Assembly: GCA_030167865.1 (NCBI GenBank) | Contig: JALAGF010004074.1 | Span: 62,001-121,724 of the forward strand | Length of the DNA: 59,724 nucleotides | Reading direction: 5' to 3' | DNA from: Craspedostauros australis | Lineage: Eukaryota | In this document: in pieces, positions 31,988 through 43,260 of the stretch | Numbering within the stretch: position 1 is the stretch's first letter | Layout of the letters: every line of letters begins with the position of its first letter | Translations under genes and position numbers: made by a program | Notes under the pieces: model-generated | The model's database searches: none | What the model was told of the DNA's origin: nothing | Seen by the model: the letters and a program-made list of their open reading frames with translations, nothing else

Positions 31988-34693
31988 TTAGACAATAACA
32001 TCAACCTTCGTCTTCACCGTCACTTCCTCGGTTGCCAAGAAACGAGAATGCAACACCTCGTCGCTGTATCCACGGTACGTTGAACCCATCCTCTTCTTGT
32101 ACCAATCCACAGACATGTACTGTCTCGTCGTCATTTCCGCTGTCATGGATTCGATCTTTTCTGTGATGTGCATGCCCGCATCGACGCCATCCGCATCCCG
32201 AAGCTTTGTGGAGTCATCGGTTGCGGATTCCAGCATGTCAACTGTTGTGGCTGTGGAGTTTTGTCGTCTAGCGCCACCACCTACTCCTCCATTGCCATGC
32301 CCATCAAAGCATCGGACTTCGGACTTCTTGTCGATGAAGTAAATCTTGTCAAAGTCAATGCCGAGCTTGTGATAGGCCTGAATGTCGGTCCAGGAATTGC
32401 CAAACGCTGCAAGGAAGACATCGGAGGGTTGGTAGTTGCCATTGCCATGGGCGCTGTTTGCCATCAGGAATGGCTTCACGAGCTGATCCCAGATGGTTTG
32501 AAACTTGAATCGTTGCACCGTCTTGAATAGCAGCTCCATAGCCAGCAGACGCGGCAAGGAGCCACCGAATCCAAATAGCGGACCGTCCGGCAGCGCGGCC
32601 ACATCCTGCCGCACGTCCTTCAGAAACTTGCGTGTCTTCGTCGCCAAAACGATGGGGCGGCTCGTCAAGTACACAACCTGCGTGTTTGGCAGCTTGTCCA
32701 GATTCGAGAGGAAGTCGCAGATGCCGTCGTGACAATGGCGATACTTCTCGGTCAGGATGGTGTCCATGATGCCGCGGACGTTGCTCTTGGTGATGGTGCC
32801 ATCAATGTCAGCAAGCACGATCCGCGTGTCGTTCGACCAAACAAAAATGTTCGCGTACGCCACACCAATCACCTGCCGTTCGTCCAGGAGCAAGTACCGG
32901 ATCGGATTTTTGCCAGGCTGCAGGAATGGCTTCAATTGCCTTGCAACTGTGTCGCCTTGGTTGCAATCTGCATCATCATCGTTGGTGTTGCTATTTCTCT
33001 GGTTGTTGCGATGGTTCTGATGATTTCGTTCTCCCTCGCTGGATCCAACTGTGTTGTCGTGGAGCTGGCGTGACAGAACATCGCTGCTGCCAGAAGTTTG
33101 TGGGGTTGATGATGTCGTTGTATCTGGATTCGAATGGAGCGGCCGGCAGCATCCCCAGTAATGGTTGTTCAATGCACTCGTTTGATTGAGATCTTCGCCA
33201 TGGGCATCGCTAGCATAGTGCCCTTCATCTTCGTCTCCGTCCTCGTGTATGCTGCGAATATGCCGACGTCCATTGGAGAGAGATTGGTAGAGTCCATTGA
33301 CTGGGAACCAAGCCACTGGTCTTGTCGTTGCATCCAATGGCTGTGAATCCGTCGTTTCACCACTGTCACTGGCATCAGTACCTGCGTTGCTAGTCGCATC
33401 CCTCTGCATGTCGGAATCAGCAGATGCCGCTTTGGTGGTACATGCGTGGGGCACGTCGGTTTGCGATCCAACCTCACCTCGGATCTCCAACAGCACTTTG
33501 TGATGCGGCTTCAGCTGCTTCCCGAAACTGACTTGGAATTCGCTGTTCTGGAAGAAGCTGTTGCCTCGTTGAAGGAAGATGATGTCGAACGCATTGCCGA
33601 TGAAGATCTCGCGTTTGTCCGACGACGCAGAACTGAAGGAAAACCGCTTCGCTCGCTTTGTGGTCGTCATTTGCGCTGGCTTCGTTGTGTTGGTGGCGAC
33701 ATCACCGCTGCTCTTGCGCGTTTTGGTTGGTGCCACGACGGCCGGAACGTTGGAAAAGGGTAGATCGAATAGCATATTGTCAAGGCAAGGGGTGCAGCAC
33801 AATGCACGACCCAGCGTCGGAGTTGTGGCGATGAAATCGTCGCTGTCAGTCGATGGGACTGCTTGCACCGTCGGGTATGGCTCCTGTGCCTGCTTCGTGG
33901 CGGATGCGTGCTCCGAATCCAGCGTCGCGTTCCTCTGCGCTGCAGTGCGTCCGAAAGACATGGTGACGCACAGGACGTAGATTGTGGCCTTGATCACTGC
34001 TTCTGTGGCGCTGGAGCCCAGCATCTGTGTACCAACCAATTCAATGGGGATCTCAACTCGGAAGTTCTGGAGTGCAATTATGTATTTGTCTCTTTTTCTC
34101 TCGCTCTGTGCCAAAGTATGGGCGAGGAGAGTACTCTTTCTCGTACGACTAGTCAATGAGCTACTCGCGCGAAGCGGCTCCTGCTCGTCTTTTCTTGTCT
34201 GTCCTCCAATGACGGCCTGTTCTTCTTTGTTGGTGTTGGCGTTCACGGTGGCGTTGGTGCGGCGGGTTGTGTTTTCTCTGTCGTTTTGTTGCGTGGAGGA
34301 AATTCTCCGTGCAAATTGTTGTTGTTGCTGTTTGGGTCGTGCGTGAAGTTGAGTCGTAACAAGATTGCTGCAACGAAGATGGACTTGATCGACCACACCC
34401 CATAACCCAATACATTTGAGTCGGTTGGATCGAGACCAACGACCAAAACCAAAAATCAAAACCAACAAAATGGCCAACCACACCAAAAGAAGTCGAAAGG
34501 CAGCCAAGCGCTTCGCTCTCCTCGTGGTTGAGGTGATTGTCAACCTCTCCTCGTCGCAGACTTTCCGCATACCCCCGACCGTCACACTCCATCCAGGCTC
34601 TTCACGATTCCCATTCATCTGCACACACGCATCCTCACCAATCTCGAAGGGAACAAAGACATTCATCGGAAAGGCATCCATCTCTCCATCCAT
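31988..34693 (-). CDS. PAH1: Lipin/Pah1 phosphatidate phosphatase
   Basis: N-LIP-like GNAFDIIFLQ...SEFQVSFGK. LNS2/HAD domain with LQPGKNPIRY, IVLADIDGTITKSN, VYLTSRP, LPDGP and AAFGNSWTDIQAY. Start uncertain: 34693 or a later ATG such as 33775. Confidence 0.88.
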   Translation of the reverse strand: MDGEMDAFPMNVFVPFEIGEDACVQMNGNREEPGWSVTVGGMRKVCDEERLTITSTTRRAKRLAAFRLLLVWLAILLVLIFGFGRWSRSNRLKCIGLWGVVDQVHLRCSNLVTTQLHARPKQQQQQFARRISSTQQNDRENTTRRTNATVNANTNKEEQAVIGGQTRKDEQEPLRASSSLTSRTRKSTLLAHTLAQSERKRDKYIIALQNFRVEIPIELVGTQMLGSSATEAVIKATIYVLCVTMSFGRTAAQRNATLDSEHASATKQAQEPYPTVQAVPSTDSDDFIATTPTLGRALCCTPCLDNMLFDLPFSNVPAVVAPTKTRKSSGDVATNTTKPAQMTTTKRAKRFSFSSASSDKREIFIGNAFDIIFLQRGNSFFQNSEFQVSFGKQLKPHHKVLLEIRGEVGSQTDVPHACTTKAASADSDMQRDATSNAGTDASDSGETTDSQPLDATTRPVAWFPVNGLYQSLSNGRRHIRSIHEDGDEDEGHYASDAHGEDLNQTSALNNHYWGCCRPLHSNPDTTTSSTPQTSGSSDVLSRQLHDNTVGSSEGERNHQNHRNNQRNSNTNDDDADCNQGDTVARQLKPFLQPGKNPIRYLLLDERQVIGVAYANIFVWSNDTRIVLADIDGTITKSNVRGIMDTILTEKYRHCHDGICDFLSNLDKLPNTQVVYLTSRPIVLATKTRKFLKDVRQDVAALPDGPLFGFGGSLPRLLAMELLFKTVQRFKFQTIWDQLVKPFLMANSAHGNGNYQPSDVFLAAFGNSWTDIQAYHKLGIDFDKIYFIDKKSEVRCFDGHGNGGVGGGARRQNSTATTVDMLESATDDSTKLRDADGVDAGMHITEKIESMTAEMTTRQYMSVDWYKKRMGSTYRGYSDEVLHSRFLATEEVTVKTKVDVIV

Positions 34694-34883
34694 TCATCTA
34701 TTCATCGATTGATGGATTGGAAGAAGAAGAGTTGATACGATTGGCATCCGCTGGCTGACTTGGATTTTCACGCTGATCACAGTCGCGCAAACAGGCATAA
34801 CAAGCGGCAACAACGCATAGAGCAATCACTCTCTCTCTCTGTATAGAGAGACATCAAGCAACAGACACAAACAAAGAAGCACC

Positions 34884-36077
34884 ATGTCTGGTCGCAAGGC
34901 AGTCGGAAGAGGTCAGATGACGCGGGGGGCCAACTCCGGTCCCGCCATCATGCTGATGCCACCGCACATCCGCGAGACCTTCGTGCCCAATCCACCGCTC
35001 AAATCCATCGCCCCGGTTCAACCCAAACGCAAGCACAAGTGGTCGGGCATGTTCCAATACCTCAAGCACTTTGAAAAGACGGAGCCACCGAAGCGCAAGA
35101 TACAGCCGACGCCGCACGTCACGAAGCAGATGAAGCTGAAGCAGAAGGAGGAGGATCTGCAGAACGAAGTCAAGCCCAAGGTGGAGGAGTATCGCAAGGA
35201 GCAGAAGGAGTTCGGCGGAGAGTATCGGGGCATGAACTGCTACAATACACTCTTCGTGGGACGTTTGGCGTACGAGGTGACGGAACGAAAGCTGCTGCGA
35301 GAGATGGAGACCTTCGGACACGTCAAGGATCTGGAACTCGTTATGGACAAGGAGGGCAAATCCAAGGGGTACGCCTTCGTGGAATACGAGAATGAGGACG
35401 ACATGAAGCGCGCCTACCGAGCAGCGGACGGCATGAAGATCGAAGGTCGAGCGATCGTTGTCGATGTCGAGCGAGGTCACACGGTACCGACCTGGCTGCC
35501 GCGCAGGCTGGGAGGTGGACTTGGTGGAACCAGGTGAGTAGTTTTACATCACATCCATGTTTTGCCATACCGTGCTATGATGTGCTGCGCGGTTCTGCAT
35601 CATATTGCGCGCCAATCCAAGGATGCCTCATTATGCTGTGTCTGCTTGAGTTCAATGCTATCACGCATTGCAACACTACGTTTGCCAATTCGTCAGGAAC
35701 TCACAAATTGCTGTTTCAATCATCCATTCATTCGTGCATGCACGTATATTTTCGCCACTTCCTAATCCTATGTATGATGCAGATTGGGTGGCAACGACAA
35801 GAATGTGACACTGCCAGGTCGTTTCAATCCATCACGACCTGGTCCTGCTGACGGTGGTCCTCCTGGCGGCATGATGGACAGTCATCATGGGGGCATGGGC
35901 CGTGGCGGTGGCGGTCCGCCAAGCGGATACGGTGGATTCGGCAGCGGGCCTGGCGGATACGGACCAAGTGGCGGCGGTGGTCGGGGAGATGGTGGCGGCA
36001 GAAAGCGTTTCCACCGCGATCGTGATCGGAGTCCAAGTCCAGGGCGTGGTAGGTACGCTCCAAGGGCGCGGTACTGA
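34884..36077 (+). CDS. SNRNP70: U1 snRNP 70 kDa protein
   Basis: Exons 34884-35533 and 35783-36077 (GTGAGT...GCAG, phase 2). N-domain MPPHIRETFVPNPPL, RRM TLFVGRLAY...KGYAFVEY, and the signature VDVERGHTVPTWLPRRLGGGLGGTR. Confidence 0.95.
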
Positions 36078-36665
36078 TTCGTACGGTACGTGCATTCCTA
36101 TGTAGGTACTGGGCTTTGAGAAGCCTCTATCATTTGCACATCGAATTTCGAGCCTTGCTACTGTCCGCGCCATACTAGCACGAAGGTCCAAGTGTCACTG
36201 TCATGAAACAGGCCACATGACATCATGCACCATGAGAGTGCAGAAGCTCTTAGAACATCACAGCATCCAACATGGTAAGATTCAGCGCTTGCTGCAACGG
36301 GGCGACGCAGCCCAACTTCACGCAACTTTGCTGCGTCGGACCTCTTCAGCCACCCACCCAGAAATGGTCGACGGGTGGAGCATTCAATCAAACAAGAACT
36401 ATTCTAAACAAAACGAAAGGCTAAGTATGCAAAAATTGGTAAAGTATCCGAGGCCAAGATGAATGCTGCCTGGTGCGTTTGGTCCCGTCCTGAATTGTGG
36501 TCAAACATAATCTCTACGAATGTGACGGAGTGATATGATGCGCTGTGCTGAATGTGTCAGCAGTCTGCGACACCGTGGTGGTGACCATCACCAGCATTTG
36601 ACTGCGCTGGTTCCGTGCGCAACCGAGTCGTCAGAACCACTTCCAATTCAAAAAGCAATCCGATT

Positions 36666-37833
36666 CTATTCATCGTCTTCCTCCATATCCTGCATGGTCT
36701 CGACAGCATTATCGACGCAAGACCACACGCGATCCGCGTCGTGTTCGGTCAGGACGCTGATGCAGGGATGGGTACAGTATCATACCATACATATTCGTGA
36801 GTGTGTTGGGCAATGGCTCGTGGCATGGTGAGTGCGATTTCCAGCGGTATCAGTTGCATGGATGTTTGGATTGGTTTGCATGTAGCATGGTACAGGCAAG
36901 TTTTCGAGATTATGCAACATCGATCACAGACATCCCCATGTACATCATGGTGGCCAAAGGCCAGCTCGCAAGGGGTGATTCAAGAGGATGGCATCACAAT
37001 CAGAGCAAGTAGCAATTCATTGAATGGGAGTACGATCTACTAGTACTCTGGACAAAAAGCTCATTCAATGCCCACTCATTCAATAGCCATGCCGAAGCGA
37101 TCTGAAGCAATGGAGTACGTACTTGTGAAACCTGAGGTTTGGTCCGGTATCGCAGAGTGTGAAATCGGGGAATTGAATCAGAGATGTTTCCCATTCAAAA
37201 TGAAATAGCAAAATACTCGTAGACGAGGCAGGCGATCAGAGAGAGAGAGAGAGTACTGGTTGTGTCAGTGGATTTCGATCGAGTCGCTGTGCAAGGCATT
37301 CACACACTCGACTGTTGCACACAGTACCATACTGGTATTCCATATGCCTCGCCCACTCACACGCGTTGTTCAAACTCCAAAGGCGTCATGCCTTCGAGCG
37401 ACACGCTCCCTTCAAAATCGCTGTGCTCCACGGCCACGCACGGTGCGAACTGACAGGCGCCAAGGCATGGCCCCTCCTCGACCTGCACGGATGGCGCTCG
37501 ACCTTCCTGAATCCGACTGTACATCGCACCGAAGGTTGACAAGGAATCCATGTTGAGGACCTTCCGTTTCTTGGCGCACGTTGTCGACATGCAGGTGATG
37601 ACCTTGAACTTCTCGGCGACCTGCGGGTCCAGTTCCTCCTTGTGTTGCTCTTGTTGTGCTTGGCTGGCAAGGAGTCTGCTTGTGTCGCATCGAAGTGAAC
37701 CACGTCTCGGAGGCTGATGCTGTTGATTGGGGGTGACCCCGAAGGCCTGGACTTGTTGTTGCTGCTGTTTCGGCCGAACGCACAGCACCAAAAGCATCAG
37801 CCAGGTTGCCACGGCGGAACTTGTTCGAACCAT
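36666..37833 (-). CDS. Plastid-targeted thioredoxin-like [2Fe-2S] ferredoxin domain protein
   Basis: Signal peptide ending VQA-F. Cys motifs TCMSTTC and GPCLGACQFAPCV. Predicted exons 37833-37361, microexon 37131-37123 and 36756-36666 give ...EQRVFHNVLTEHDADRVWSCVDNAVETMQDMEEDDE*. Confidence 0.75.
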
Positions 37834-38508
37834 CTTGCACAGTTCCTTTATTCTGAACGGTTTTGAATGTCAGTGGCGCTGTTATGCTTGGAGTGCGGTT
37901 GTGCGCTTCAACTTCCTCCGCATCTCTCTCCTTGCTGTTGCTGTTGCATCATCTGCATTGTTGGACGAGTTGGGGATAGTGCGGGTGTGTTGGTTCGTAA
38001 GTATGTGCGAGAACATTGGCGCCAACTCATTCTGTTCCGTGTTGCCCACGCTCACGTTTCTTCTTCGTTTCTTGTCACCAAGACAAATGAATGAATTTAG
38101 ATATACTATATTAAAGATATCATGTATTCAATTAGACAATGTGTGAGAGATATCAGCACTCCAATCGCATAGTATTCGTGTATTCGAGTCACCTGATGCC
38201 AACCAGCCAAACACAAAATGGTGCGAAACAGAAAATCGCAAACCGTAACACAAACCGAAACAGGATCCTCGCCTCCCGAAACACAAAATGATGGGCGGAT
38301 CGTGATCGATAACCACCACATGCCACAATCACCCATCGGCGATCTTCGCCACAGGCAGTACACGAGCATATTATAATAATACTCTACATTGATCCAAGCT
38401 GCGAGCACAAGGACAAGAAATATAGAGGATAATAATATTACATTCAACTCCAATTGGCCTCAACGGGTGTATCGGTGTTAATCCTAACATCATTGAGCTG
38501 AATAGAGC

Positions 38509-41500
38509 ATGCCGACCCCATCGCAGGACGGCAACGCCGCAGCCATTGCGGCCGAGAAGAAGAGAAAGCGATTGGAGGCATGGAAACGAAAGCGCGAGAA
38601 GTCGGCAGGCGTGAAGCCAGCGCCGGCGCCAGCTCCCGCTGTCAAGGTGTCTCTCTCGTTGGGTGGCAAGTCGTCAATCTCTCAGAAGAAAAAGAAAAAG
38701 AAGAAAAAGGGCGATGCCTTTGGAACGAATGACAAGAAGACGGCATCAGGCATCAATCCATTCGGTGCCGACGACGCGGATGGAGACGATGGTGGCGAGG
38801 GAAGGAAGAGCCGTCTATCGGTCGGTCTTGCATCATTCGACATGGAACCACCGGCACAGACGAAACCGGCCAAGAAGAAGCGACGAAGGCGTGGGTGGGA
38901 TTCTGGCACAAAGAAATCCGCCGATCCAACTCCTGCTCCAGCTCCAGTGCCGCAGGGCGACGATGCGCTGGATGCCTTCATGCAAGAGTTGGAGGCTGGC
39001 GCTCATGGCAACGTCACTTCCCAGGTCGGATCAGCGCGACCGGCTTCTTCCTCGAAACATAACGACAACGGCAATAGCATGGAGGTTGATGGTGGCGAGG
39101 TGAGTTCTTTGTTAGCGGTCAAGAGACTCGGATGATTGCATTTCCTATGCGCTCTGCTTGGTGCCACTCTACTCGAATATTCGCTTGCATTGATTCGCGT
39201 TCTGATCAAACTCCCATGTCCTCCTGTTTGTACTTTGTTCGACAACCATCATCTCACACCTTACCCAATGGCGTTTTCCATCGTTATATCCGCCCATGAT
39301 CCATCGCTTCATCCATCTATTCACCTAATTGGAAACACATGCATTGCCAGACTGGAGTAAGCGAAGAAGAAGAGGAGAAGCAACGCAGGGCATTCATCGA
39401 AGCGCTTAAATCTGCAGCACCAACTCCAACAACAGCAGCAGCAGCAGCAACAGCGCCATCATCGTCGATGTCGACAGCGGGGTCCACAGGCGAGGCAGAA
39501 CAACCGCAGCTGGCCGCAGAGGTGCGCAACGAAAAGCAACGTCGCGGAGAACGGCTCAAAGCGTTGGAACGCGAAGCCGAACAGGCGCGCAATTCCGCCA
39601 AGGCAGCAGCCGCATCCGAATTCGGGCGCATGTTCAACGACGTGGAAGATGGTATCATGGAGGAGGCGGAACAGAAATTGGACGCCGCGAAGGCGGCACC
39701 GGATGCGTTGCAGGTGCTGGCAGAGCTCAACAAGAAGAAGGAGCTCAAGGCTGTGGACCATTCCACGATCGATTACATACCCTTCAAGAAGAATCTGTAC
39801 ATCATGCCAAGGAGTCTGGCGAGCTTGTCCAACAATCAGGTCACCAATATTCGAGGCAAGATGAAGATCCGCGTGCGAGGACAGGGCGTCCCAGCACCAG
39901 TGTCATCGTTTGAACAATGCGGACTGTCCGAACGCATCGTGCAGTTGCTGAACAAGCAGGAGATCAGCCAACCGTATCCCGTGCAAGCGCAGTGCATTCC
40001 TTGCATCTTGGCGGGACGTGATACCATCGGCATTGCCAAGACGGGCAGTGGAAAGACGCTGGCCTACCTGCTCCCCATGCTGCGTCACATCGCAGATCAA
40101 CCAAAGCTGGCAAGCAACGAGTCAGGCCCTGTTGGATTGATCTTGGCTCCAGCACGCGAGCTGGCGTACCAGATCAACTTGGTTAGCAAATCGTACACGA
40201 AACATCTGGGATTGAAGTAAGTTCTACGTGCATGCTTTTTTCTCTGTCGAAGGCATCGTACTTGCTTGCTCGCTACATTTCTATGGCTTGTGTCCTTTTT
40301 TCCAAAAACTCACCCTTGCGTTCCCTACTCGTACATTCCTCTGCTCCTCACCGCGTCGACTACCATTCATTGTTTCTCATTCTGTACCTCTCTACTCGCA
40401 CACATTTTGGCATCTTCCCATATTCCACCATGCTCTGCAACGATGGTACAAATCTCAGAACGACTGCTGTGTACGGTGGTGCCGCAGTCGCAGAACAAAT
40501 CTCCGATCTGAAGCGCGGCGTGCATGTTTGTGTAGCAACCCCCGGTCGGCTGATTGACATTCTCACCATGCAGGCCGGCAAGTTGCTTTCGCTGCACCGC
40601 GTCACATACGTCGTCATGGACGAAGCTGATCGAATGTACGATATGGGTTTCGCACCGCAGATCACAGCCATCCTGGCAGCCGTGCGTCCCGATCGTCAGA
40701 CCGTGTTGTTCTCTGCCACCTTCCCCAAGGCGGTCGAAACGTTGGCCCGCAAGTCCCTGAAATTCCCGGTCGAAGTGATCGTCGGTGGCCGATCCGTGGC
40801 GTCCGACAGTATCACGCAGCATGCCGAGTTGGTGGAGGAGGGTGACAAGTTCCTGCGGTTGCTGCAATTGCTTGGAGAGCACGTGGATGATGCGAAGAAG
40901 GCGCTGGTGTTTGTGGACACGCAGGTTCGCGCCGACAGCCTGTTCGAGCAGCTGCTCGGCCATGGATATCCGTCATTGTCGCTGCATGGTGGAAAAGATC
41001 AGGAGGATCGTGATTCCACCATCTCCGATTTCAAGCGCAAGGATGGACCTGGCGTGCTGGTGGCGACGAGCGTGGCCGGGCGTGGATTGGACGTCCCGTC
41101 GATCGGCACAGTCATTAACTACTCGTGCCCGAATCACTTGGAGGACTACGTGCACCGCGTGGGTCGAACAGGGCGCGCGGGACGCAAGGGCACGAGCTAC
41201 ACGTTTGTGAATTCGGCGGAAGAAGCCAAGTACTCGCCCAACATTGTGCGCGCCCTGAGCGAGGCGGGGCAGGCCGACAACATCGATGCAGAGCTGCTGA
41301 AGCTGTCGGAGGAGTTCAAGGAGAAGGTGAAGAAGGGCGAGGCCAAATGGGCCAGCTCTGGCTTCAAGGGCAAGGGATACACGTACGACTCATCGGAGAT
41401 GAACGAAGCGCAGAGGGCGATTCACATGGAGAAGCGGCAAGCACTGATCGAAGCTGGATTGCTGGATCCGGAAGACGAAGAAGATCCAATGGGTGCCGCA

Positions 41501-42133
41501 GACGGACCCGGAGGTTCCAATGCGAACGCCGGTGGCACGAACAAGGTGAACAGCGTGGACGAGGCCAACGCCATGATCGCCAAGGCCCTGGAATCGGAGA
41601 ACGGCGACAAGGATGCGAAGAAGGAGGCGAAGAAGGCCCTGGGATTGCAGACGGAGATCACTGCCAAGATGCTGGCGTTGCCCGGAATGAAGGACATGCT
41701 CCTGAAACGCGCCGGCGTCGTGAAGGACGCCGATGCCAAGGCAAACAGCGCGAACCACAACGGCGAGCACGGCGGTGGCTTCGCCGGCAGCAGCAAGTCG
41801 AGCCGTCCGGTGCGCATGGGCAACAACCACTTCCTGGTGGAGTACGAGATCAACGACTACCCGCGCGAGGCACGGTGGAAGGTGACGCAGAAGGAGACGA
41901 CGTCGCGGCTGCAGGATGAGTTCCAAACGGCCGTGACATTGAAGGGCGAGTACTTCGCACCGAACCGGCAGCCCGGCAAACGCGAGCGCAAGCTGTACCT
42001 GCATCTGGAGGCCACGAGCGAGCTGATCCTGAAGAACTGCGTCGCGGAGATCCACCGGCTGCTGAATGAGGAGACGCTGCGGGTTTCGGCGCGCAGTGGT
42101 GGCGGCAGTCACAAGTACAACGTGTTGGGATAA
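38509..42133 (+). CDS. DDX46: DEAD-box pre-mRNA splicing helicase Prp5/DDX46
   Basis: Exons 38509-39099, 39351-40216 and 40459-42133. Motifs LEAWK, DALDAFM, AKTGSGKT, DEAD, SATFP, HRVGRTGRAG, GFKGKG and the C-terminal EINDYPREARWKVT domain. Confidence 0.93.
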
Positions 42134-43260
42134 CAAGTTGGGATGAGTGGTGCATGGTGTTTGGTATCCATGCTCATACAAAACATTCGGCGTGCACAGT
42201 AGAAGTGGGCGAGTACCATGCGTACGTACGCTCCGCACTTGAGGATAGTACATAAGACAGCAGATACACGCTGCTCTACTCTAGTCTGCATTTGGACGGT
42301 ATGGAGCATGTCCATCAAAGCAAATACAAGCAATCCAACATGGTGAGAGCAGAGTTGCCGAAGTTCGGCGAGTTGAGATTGAACAAGAAACGAGCGCATT
42401 CTCTTGTCTTGATCGTAGCCTTCCACGATACTGATTCGTCCGAACAGAGTGAGTATTCGACGAGCTAAAATGGCTGCGCGGACGACGCATGTACGAGGTC
42501 CAATCGTGACTGGTCGGTCACAACGAGTCACAACACGACAGAAAGTCTCCACCGAAAAAGATCCACGGTGCGTTGGTGACTGGAAGCGAACAGGTACTCC
42601 TCCCGCCAACACGCGAGGATTGGTGACGAATGGTGAAGGCACGATGTGATTCAGCCGTGGCGGCGAAGGCTCGGCAAGGAGGACAGAAGCGGACATCGCA
42701 AACAAGACAAAAGAGGACTACCACTCTTGCGGGTTATCACACCTCTCCCTGTCTCTGTGTGTGCAACGAGGCATCGCATCGTGCGCAGAGGCCAACCAGT
42801 CCGCCACTTGAGCTGCCTACATCCTCGTACTTGCCAATCCATCCATCCATCCATCCAACCAACCATCGGCAAGCACAGCAACAGCCTCCACAACCTCCGA
42901 GTGACCTCCGACTGCTGCTTCACTTTGGTGAGTGGATCAGACCGACCTTCGTGCAACTGCTGCCAGTTCTCATTTCCTGTCACGCACAAGAAACCGCCCC
43001 AATCTTCGAGATCCCTGCCTTGAGCCGTTTGGAGGCACTTCCCACCTGCGCAGGTCACTTCATCATCAACGGCTCGTCGAGACCCAGCGCTATTGCATAG
43101 CAACAACCAATAGAGGCAAGGAGTCATCCACAACTGACAACCAACCAGATCACACCAGACCAGATCAGACTAGATTAACTCTCTAGACCACAGCTAGACC
43201 ATAACCAGAGCATAACCACAACATAAAGCAACATAAAGCAACATCACGCAACATAACACA

